Below are positions 20,001 to 28,028 of a stretch of 28,028 nt of DNA, piece by piece. The first letter of the stretch is position 1; the number at the start of each line of letters is the position of its first letter. Where the stretch lies: positions 1 through 28,028 of the forward strand of contig NIVC01002464.1 of the NCBI GenBank assembly GCA_002269645.1, read 5' to 3'. The notes beneath the pieces were generated by a model. It ran no database searches. It saw only the letters and a list, made by a program, of their open reading frames with translations, and was not told the DNA's origin. The translations under genes were made by a program, and so were the position numbers. The stretch comes from Macrostomum lignano. Lineage: Eukaryota.

Positions 20001-20166
20001 CGTTTGTGTCCAGTACGAATGCCGAATCGGCATAGTGGGCAGTCCAGACATCTTGCAGCTCGGCGAGAATTCCATCGCTCTCATTTTCGGTCAGTAGCAT
20101 TCGTGGCAGTCGCTTGCATCTGCGCTTATCAAGTGGCATCATGTCGCCTCTTGTTATAATCTCCAT
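13285..20166 (-). CDS. Atypical calpain-like protein (CysPc + domain III/CBSW, no penta-EF-hand), probably catalytically inactive
   Basis: Exons 20166-19972, 19900-19393, 19111-18915, [18593-18549 optional], 18492-17923, 14183-13995 and 13452-13285, with compatible phases (1872 nt with the mini-exon). Calpain-type motifs: RFRLWSCGRWEDVYIDDILP, ELWPYYLEKAVAKLLGSYCAL, GVLWESAAYLLSHFSHIDMC (cf. GEFWMS..DF...F..LEIC), SSWVRG...SPQFVLEL, LVLQNGSFLII (cf. L.PG.Y.IV) and PGDEADFCLSVF. Confidence 0.85.
13485..13738 (-). mobile_element. tRNA-derived SINE, copy 2 (full length), last intron of the calpain-like gene
   Basis: Minus-strand head GGTGGTAGCCTAGTGGTCAGAGCATCGGACTCACGACTGAAAGGTCGGGGGTTCGATTCCCC, a CORE-like central motif and an AT-rich TTA tail. 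Confidence 0.88.
13995..14183 (-). CDS. Calpain-like exon, domain III (VYAISDTD...FLIILE)
   Basis: AAG acceptor, GAG|GTAACA donor, phase 0-0. The junction PARMQ|VYAI resembles IGFAIYEV. Confidence 0.8.
14484..16245. repeat. ~1.76-kb minisatellite of a 17-bp unit (CCCCAGATAGCAAGCAT) with variable C runs, calpain-like intron
   Basis: Roughly 90 copies (estimated). C tracts range from 4 to 14, and variant units occur in blocks. Confidence 0.98.
16979..17070. repeat. (GA)n microsatellite, ~46 units
   Basis: Direct inspection; one interruption near the 3' end. Confidence 0.99.
17923..18492 (-). CDS. Calpain-like exon: end of CysPc and start of domain III
   Basis: GCAG acceptor (an alternative TAG acceptor lies 12 nt upstream), CAG|GTGTGG donor, GVLWES...IDMC and SWVRG...PQFVLEL motifs. 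Confidence 0.85.
18549..18593 (-). CDS. Candidate 45-nt symmetric mini-exon of the calpain-like gene (STDYLDVSDTQKPAK)
   Basis: TTCTCAG acceptor, AAG|GTAGGC donor, phase 0-0. No homology support. Confidence 0.45.
18915..19111 (-). CDS. Calpain-like exon 3 (GCEVISRR...VLAFKQ)
   Basis: The CACGCAG phase-1 acceptor restores LMG (cf. LTG). CAG|GTGCGG donor. Confidence 0.75.
19393..19900 (-). CDS. Calpain-like exon 2 (CysPc N-terminal half)
   Basis: TTATTAG acceptor, G|GTGAGT donor, IDDILP and LWP..LEKA.AKL.GSY motifs. Confidence 0.9.
19972..20166 (-). CDS. Calpain-like exon 1 (MEIITRG...WQRLEP)
   Basis: ATG at 20166, GTGAGT donor at 19971. D..F.......V.W.R resembles the start of CysPc. The start codon is uncertain because there are internal ATGs and possibly an upstream exon. 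Confidence 0.7.
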
Positions 20167-20373
20167 GCTGCACGATGAGTATTAAGCTGCTGTCTATCAA
20201 TTCCTGGTTTTCTTAGTCAGCTGAGATTAAGTACTTCAAATTTTAAAGATTATAGATTTTCGAAGGTTAGAATGCGTATAATATAGCAACTATAAGTAGT
20301 CGTACACGAAGTCATAAATGGACATGGGCCATAAACTATTTTTTGTATTTATATCATTCACTTCGCTTGTCTG

Positions 20374-20397
20374 CACACACACACACACACACACACA
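20374..20397. repeat. (CA)12 microsatellite
   Basis: Direct inspection. Confidence 0.95.
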
Positions 20398-20911
20398 ATC
20401 ACGCACCGGGCACTTGTTGGTACGGTATACAATGGTGGGCACTTATTTTGCAATTTTTTTTGACACACGAAAACACACACATACACACAGTGCAATGACC
20501 TATTAAGTATTTTTAGCATTTAAATGATGAAAAAAAGCATACATTGAAATAAAAAAGCACGTCCCATACTAATAGTATGATCTATTGAAAGTGAAGGAAT
20601 AGCATATCATCGTGTAACTATATTGTCCTCAGTCGAGCGAATTCAGCATTACTTGAAATACTAGTCTTCGTTGAAGCCAATCCACATGAAGGAAAAACTA
20701 GTTACAAGCAGTCTATTTACCTTTACATTTACTAATACGCTATAATGCTGTACGCAATATGCCTGACTAATATGAATAAAAATTCAATTACACTTGCGCT
20801 TAGAAAAAACCTAAAATTGACAGTGAAACTGAAAAACTGAAACGCAAGATTAGTTAAGCAGATTAAACAAAAATTCCGGTCGAGCGAGAAAACAGGAGTC
20901 TCGTTATTTAG

Positions 20912-23900
20912 AGCACTCTGGCATCCAGCATTACGCTTGCAGATTATAAATTAGCTGCTCTCCTGAGTTCGAAGCTGACAGGTCCGTTGCAGTCGGCATC
21001 GATTGAGTCGACTGCCAATTTAGTCAATGGGTTTCGTTTCTTCTTTTCACTGGAACCTGTGGTGGGATTAGCAAAAGATCGATTTCGCATATCTGTTTAG
21101 TGATTTCAAGGACGACAAAATCATTCTTCTCTGCATGTCAGCTCCAGAAGATGCTAGTTTGCTTGCAGCTTTCTGTAGGAGCATTCTACTTTAGTAAAGT
21201 GTACCCATTCTAAAATAAGCTGTTTTTAATATGTCCCAACAAGTCTCTGTGCAGTGTGTCATCCGTTTGCCCATCAATTTGTTCTGGAGCCCTTTATTAA
21301 TTGAGTTCTTTAGGTGACTTAACAAATGCGGAAAAAACTAGACACACACACACAGTGGCCCAACACTTCGTGTCCCAATAATTGCTAGGAAAAATGCACT
21401 GCAGTGTTTAAGCATCTCCTCTGAGGGGCCCTTGCATGCATAGCTATAGAATCTGCTAAGACCCGATCTGAGAGTTAAAAGTACAAAAAGTTATAACGCT
21501 TCTAGACACGAAAACGAATGCAGCCACAGCATGAACTAACCTTTTATTGAAGCTTCTGCTTTAAAGACTTTGATGCTGTGAAGCATTCTGGCATCTAGCA
21601 TTACTCTCGTAGACTATTAGCTGCTCTCCTGAGTTCGAAGCTGACAGGTCCGTTGCAGTCGGCATCGATTGAGTCGACTGCCAATTTAGTCAATGGGTTT
21701 CGTTTCTTCTTTTCACTGGAACCTGTGGTGGGATTAGCAAAAGATCGATTTCGCATATCTGTTTAGTGATTTCAAGGACGACAAAATCATTCTTCTCTGC
21801 ATGTCAGCTCCAGAAGATGCTAGTTTGTTTGCAGCTTTCTGTAGGAGCATTCTACTTTAGTAAAGTGTACCCATTCTAAAATAAGCTGTTTTAATATGTC
21901 CCAACAAGTCTCTGTGCAGTGTGTCATCCGTTTGCCCATCAATTTGTTCTGGAGCCCTTTATTAATTGAGTTCTTTAGGTGACTTAACAAATGCGGAAAA
22001 AACTAGACACACACACACAGTGGCCCAACACTTCGTGTCCCAATAATTGCTAGGAAAAATGCACTGCAGTGTTTAAGCATCTCCTCTGAGGGGCCCTTGC
22101 ATGCATAGCTATAGAATCTGCTAAGACCCGATCTGAGAGTTAAAAGTACAAAAAGTTATAACGCTTCTAGACACGAAAACGAATGCAGCCACAGCATGAA
22201 CTAACCTTTTATTGAAGCTTCTGCTTAAAGACTTTGATGCTGTGAAGCATTCTGGCATCTAGCATTACTCTCGTAGACTATTAGCTGCTCTCCTGAGTTC
22301 GAAGCTGACAGGTCCGTTGCAGTCGGCATCGATTGAGTCGACTGCCAATTTAGTCAATGGGTTTCGTTTCTTCTTTTCACTGGAACCTGTGGTGGGATTA
22401 GCAAAAGATCGATTTCGCATATCTGTTTAGTGATTTCAAGGACGACAAAATCATTCTTCTCTGCATGTCAGCTCCAGAAGATGCTAGTTTGCTTGCAGCT
22501 TTCTGTAGGAGCATTCTACTTTAGTAAAGTGTACCCATTCTAAAATAAGCTGTTTTAATATGTCCCAACAAGTCTCTGTGCAGTGTGTCATCCGTTTGCC
22601 CATCAATTTGTTCTGGAGCCCTTTATTAATTGAGTTCTTTAGGTGACTTAACAAATGCGGAAAAAACTAGACACACACACACAGTGGCCCAACACTTCGT
22701 GTCCCAATAATTGCTAGGAAAAATGCACTGCAGTGTTTAAGCATCTCCTCTGAGGGGCCCTTGCATGCATAGCTATAGAATCTGCTAAGACCCGATCTGA
22801 GAGTTAAAAGTACAAAAAGTTATAACGCTTCTAGACACGAAAACGAATGCAGCCACAGCATGAACTAACCTTTCATTGAAGCTTCTGCTTAAGACTTTGA
22901 TGCTGTGAAGCATTCTGGCATCTAGCATTACTCTCGTAGACTATTAGCTGCTCTCCTGAGTTCGAAGCTGACAGGTCCGTTGCAGTCGGCATCGATTGAG
23001 TCGACTGCCAATTTAGTCAATGGGTTTCGTTTCTTCTTTTCACTGGAACCTGTGGTGGGATTAGCAAAAGATCGATTTCGCATATCTGTTTAGTGATTTC
23101 AAGGACGACAAAATCATTCTTCTCTGCATGTCAGCTCCAGAAGATGCTAGTTTGCTTGCAGCTTTCTGTAGGAGCATTCTACTTTAGTAAAGTGTACCCA
23201 TTCTAAAATAAGCTGTTTTTAATATGTCCCAACAAGTCTCTGTGCAGTGTGTCATCCGTTTGCCCATCAATTTGTTCTGGAGCCCTTTATTAATTGAGTT
23301 CTTTAGGTGACTTAACAAATGCGGAAAAAACTAGACACACACACACAGTGGCCCAACACTTCGTGTCCCAATAATTGCTAGGAAAAATGCACTGCAGTGT
23401 TTAAGCATCTCCTCTGAGGGGCCCTTGCATGCATAGCTATAGAATCTGCTAAGACCCGATCTGAGAGTTAAAAGTACAAAAAGTTATAACGCTTCTAGAC
23501 ACGAAAACGAATGCAGCCACAGCATGAACTAACCTTTTATTGAAGCTTCTGCTTAAGACTTTGATGCTGTGAAGCATTCTGGCATCTAGCATTACTCTCG
23601 TAGACTATTAGCTGCTCTCCTGAGTTCGAAGCTGACAGGTCCGTTGCAGTCGGCATCGATTGAGTCGACTGCCAATTTAGTCAATGGGTTTCGTTTCTTC
23701 TTTTCACTGGAACCTGTGGTGGGATTAGCAAAAGATCGATTTCGCATATCTGTTTAGTGATTTCAAGGACGACAAAATCATTCTTCTCTGCATGTCAGCT
23801 CCAGAAGATGCTAGTTTGCTTGCAGCTTTCTGTAGGAGCATTCTACTTTAGTAAAGTGTACCCATTCTAAAATAAGCTGTTTTTAATATGTCCCAACAAG

Positions 23901-26900
23901 TCTCTGTGCAGTGTGTCATCCGTTTGCCCATCAATTTGTTCTGGAGCCCTTTATTAATTGAGTTCTTTAGGTGACTTAACAAATGCGGAAAAAACTAGAC
24001 ACACACACACAGTGGCCCAACACTTCGTGTCCCAATAATTGCTAGGAAAAATGCACTGCAGTGTTTAAGCATCTCCTCTGAGGGGCCCTTGCATGCATAG
24101 CTATAGAATCTGCTAAGACCCGATCTGAGAGTTAAAAGTACAAAAAGTTATAACGCTTCTAGACACGAAAACGAATGCAGCCACAGCATGAACTAACCTT
24201 TTATTGAAGCTTCTGCTTTAAAGACTTTGATGCTGTGAAGCATTCTGGCATCTAGCATTACTCTCGTAGACTATTAGCTGCTCTCCTGAGTTCGAAGCTG
24301 ACAGGTCCGTTGCAGTCGGCATCGATTGAGTCGACTGCCAATTTAGTCAATGGGTTTCGTTTCTTCTTTTCACTGGAACCTGTGGTGGGATTAGCAAAAG
24401 ATCGATTTCGCATATCTGTTTAGTGATTTCAAGGACGACAAAATCATTCTTCTCTGCATGTCAGCTCCAGAAGATGCTAGTTTGCTTGCAGCTTTCTGTA
24501 GGAGCATTCTACTTTAGTAAAGTGTACCCATTCTAAAATAAGCTGTTTTTAATATGTCCCAACAAGTCTCTGTGCAGTGTGTCATCCGTTTGCCCATCAA
24601 TTTGTTCTGGAGCCCTTTATTAATTGAGTTCTTTAGGTGACTTAACAAATGCGGAAAAAACTAGACACACACACAGTGGCCCAACACTTCGTGTCCCAAT
24701 AATTGCTAGGAAAAATGCACTGCAGTGTTTAAGCATCTCCTCTGAGGGGCCCTTGCATGCATAGCTATAGAATCTGCTAAGACCCGATCTGAGAGTTAAA
24801 AGTACAAAAAGTTATAACGCTTCTAGACACGAAAACGAATGCAGCCACAGCATGAACTAACCTTTTATTGAAGCTTCTGCTTTAAGACTTTGATGCTGTG
24901 AAGCATTCTGGCATCTAGCATTACTCTCGTAGACTATTAGCTGCTCTCCTGAGTTCGAAGCTGACAGGTCCGTTGCAGTCGGCATCGATTGAGTCGACTG
25001 CCAATTTAGTCAATGGGTTTCGTTTCTTCTTTTCACTGGAACCTGTGGTGGGATTAGCAAAAGATCGATTTCGCATATCTGTTTAGTGATTTCAAGGACG
25101 ACAAAATCATTCTTCTCTGCATGTCAGCTCCAGAAGATGCTAGTTTGCTTGCAGCTTTCTGTAGGAGCATTCTACTTTAGTAAAGTGTACCCATTCTAAA
25201 ATAAGCTGTTTTTAATATGTCCCAACAAGTCTCTGTGCAGTGTGTCATCCGTTTGCCCATCAATTTGTTCTGGAGCCCTTTATTAATTGAGTTCTTTAGG
25301 TGACTTAACAAATGCGGAAAAAACTAGACACACACACACAGTGGCCCAACACTTCGTGTCCCAATAATTGCTAGGAAAAATGCACTGCAGTGTTTAAGCA
25401 TCTCCTCTGAGGGGCCCTTGCATGCATAGCTATAGAATCTGCTAAGACCCGATCTGAGAGTTAAAAGTACAAAAAGTTATAACGCTTCTAGACACGAAAA
25501 CGAATGCAGCCACAGCATGAACTAACCTTTCATTGAAGCTTCTGCTTAAGACTTTGATGCTGTGAAGCATTCTGGCATCTAGCATTACTCTCGTAGACTA
25601 TTAGCTGCTCTCCTGAGTTCGAAGCTGACAGGTCCGTTGCAGTCGGCATCGATTGAGTCGACTGCCAATTTAGTCAATGGGTTTCGTTTCTTCTTTTCAC
25701 TGGAACCTGTGGTGGGATTAGCAAAAGATCGATTTCGCATATCTGTTTAGTGATTTCAAGGACGACAAAATCATTCTTCTCTGCATGTCAGCTCCAGAAG
25801 ATGCTAGTTTGCTTGCAGCTTTCTGTAGGAGCATTCTACTTTAGTAAAGTGTACCCATTCTAAAATAAGCTGTTTTTAATATGTCCCAACAAGTCTCTGT
25901 GCAGTGTGTCATCCGTTTGCCCATCAATTTGTTCTGGAGCCCTTTATTAATTGAGTTCTTTAGGTGACTTAACAAATGCGGAAAAAACTAGACACACACA
26001 CACAGTGGCCCAACACTTCGTGTCCCAATAATTGCTAGGAAAAATGCACTGCAGTGTTTAAGCATCTCCTCTGAGGGGCCCTTGCATGCATAGCTATAGA
26101 ATCTGCTAAGACCCGATCTGAGAGTTAAAAGTACAAAAAGTTATAACGCTTCTAGACACGAAAACGAATGCAGCCACAGCATGAACTAACCTTTTATTGA
26201 AGCTTCTGCTTAAGACTTTGATGCTGTGAAGCATTCTGGCATCTAGCATTACTCTCGTAGACTATTAGCTGCTCTCCTGAGTTCGAAGCTGACAGGTCCG
26301 TTGCAGTCGGCATCGATTGAGTCGACTGCCAATTTAGTCAATGGGTTTCGTTTCTTCTTTTCACTGGAACCTGTGGTGGGATTAGCAAAAGATCGATTTC
26401 GCATATCTGTTTAGTGATTTCAAGGACGACAAAATCATTCTTCTCTGCATGTCAGCTCCAGAAGATGCTAGTTTGCTTGCAGCTTTCTGTAGGAGCATTC
26501 TACTTTAGTAAAGTGTACCCATTCTAAAATAAGCTGTTTTTAATATGTCCCAACAAGTCTCTGTGCAGTGTGTCATCCGTTTGCCCATCAATTTGTTCTG
26601 GAGCCCTTTATTAATTGAGTTCTTTAGGTGACTTAACAAATGCGGAAAAAACTAGACACACACACACAGTGGCCCAACACTTCGTGTCCCAATAATTGCT
26701 AGGAAAAATGCACTGCAGTGTTTAAGCATCTCCTCTGAGGGCCCTTGCATGCATAGCTATAGAATCTGCTAAGACCCGATCTGAGAGTTAAAAGTACAAA
26801 AAGTTATAACGCTTCTAGACACGAAAACGAATGCAGCCACAGCATGAACTAACCTTTCATTGAAGCTTCTGCTTAAGACTTTGATGCTGTGAAGCATTCT

Positions 26901-28028
26901 GGCATCTAGCATTACTCTCGTAGACTATTAGCTGCTCTCCTGAGTTCGAAGCTGACAGGTCCGTTGCAGTCGGCATCGATTGAGTCGACTGCCAATTTAG
27001 TCAATGGGTTTCGTTTCTTCTTTTCACTGGAACCTGTGGTGGGATTAGCAAAAGATCGATTTCGCATATCTGTTTAGTGATTTCAAGGACGACAAAATCA
27101 TTCTTCTCTGCATGTCAGCTCCAGAAGATGCTAGTTTGCTTGCAGCTTTCTGTAGGAGCATTCTACTTTAGTAAAGTGTACCCATTCTAAAATAAGCTGT
27201 TTTTAATATGTCCCAACAAGTCTCTGTGCAGTGTGTCATCCGTTTGCCCATCAATTTGTTCTGGAGCCCTTTATTAATTGAGTTCTTTAGGTGACTTAAC
27301 AAATGCGGAAAAAACTAGACACACACACACAGTGGCCCAACACTTCGTGTCCCAATAATTGCTAGGAAAAATGCACTGCAGTGTTTAAGCATCTCCTCTG
27401 AGGGGCCCTTGCATGCATAGCTATAGAATCTGCTAAGACCCGATCTGAGAGTTAAAAGTACAAAAAGTTATAACGCTTCTAGACACGAAAACGAATGCAG
27501 CCACAGCATGAACTAACCTTTCATTGAAGCTTCTGCTTAAGACTTTGATGCTGTGAAGCATTCTGGCATCTAGCATTACTCTCGTAGACTATTAGCTGCT
27601 CTCCTGAGTTCGAAGCTGACAGGTCCGTTGCAGTCGGCATCGATTGAGTCGACTGCCAATTTAGTCAATGGGTTTCGTTTCTTCTTTTCACTGGAACCTG
27701 TGGTGGGATTAGCAAAAGATCGATTTCGCATATCTGTTTAGTGATTTCAAGGACGACAAAATCATTCTTCTCTGCATGTCAGCTCCAGAAGATGCTAGTT
27801 TGCTTGCAGCTTTCTGTAGGAGCATTCTACTTTAGTAAAGTGTACCCATTCTAAAATAAGCTGTTTTTAATATGTCCCAACAAGTCTCTGTGCAGTGTGT
27901 CATCCGTTTGCCCATCAATTTGTTCTGGAGCCCTTTATTAATTGAGTTCTTTAGGTGACTTAACAAATGCGGAAAAAACTAGACACACACACAGTGGCCC
28001 AACACTTCGTGTCCCAATAATTGCTAGA
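20912..28028. repeat. Tandem array of a ~664-bp unit, at least 10.7 copies, running off the window
   Basis: TTAGCTGCTCTCCTGAG recurs at 20951, 21617, 22281, 22944, 23608, 24274, 24937, 25601, 26265, 26928 and 27592 (period 663-666). Copies differ mainly in homopolymer/CA length and one T/C site. Confidence 0.99.
20944..21056 (-). other. Exon-like segment encoding an EF-hand-like loop (SSEKKKRNPLTKLAVDSIDADCNGPVSFELRRAANL*), repeated in every array unit
   Basis: CCACCACAG acceptor followed by an open frame of 36 codons to TAA. DADCNGPVSFEL resembles a non-canonical EF loop. Short match only. Confidence 0.35.

Noticed and set aside
21341-21360. CACAGTG (RSS/Transib-like heptamer) in each array unit
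   Set aside because: It is formed by the end of a CA microsatellite, with no matching inverted terminus, nonamer or TSD.
20951-21616. Hammerhead ribozyme, U7/SL snRNA or 5S gene in the array unit
   Set aside because: No CUGAnGA...GAAA core with stems. The AATTTGTTCTGG Sm-like site lacks a convincing 3' hairpin, and there is no 5S box A/C similarity.

Overview
Eukaryotic (animal-like) genomic window with spliceosomal GT-AG introns, GC-rich exons and repeat-rich introns. The overall style suggests an invertebrate such as a free-living flatworm, which is inference only. Two convergent genes can be reconstructed by hand. The first is a 9-exon plus-strand DUR3-like sodium:solute symporter family urea/polyamine transporter (3883-11901, 779 aa) with a Cys/His-rich insert. 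The second is a 6-7-exon minus-strand calpain-like gene (20166-13285, about 608-623 aa, CysPc plus domain III, no penta-EF-hand) whose catalytic His, Asn and oxyanion Gln appear substituted, making it a probable pseudo-protease. The left 2 kb holds MITE-like elements (one with an 8-bp TSD) and a 5'-truncated RNase H-bearing non-LTR retrotransposon. There are also two copies of a tRNA-derived SINE and about ten mini/microsatellites. The last 7.1 kb is a near-perfect tandem array of a ~664-bp unit. On the minus strand this unit carries an exon-like segment encoding an EF-hand-like loop, plus a second candidate exon that keeps the reading frame from unit to unit. It may therefore be an amplified exon pair of an upstream gene rather than plain satellite DNA (speculative). 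All exon boundaries and protein similarities were read by eye, and no searches were run.
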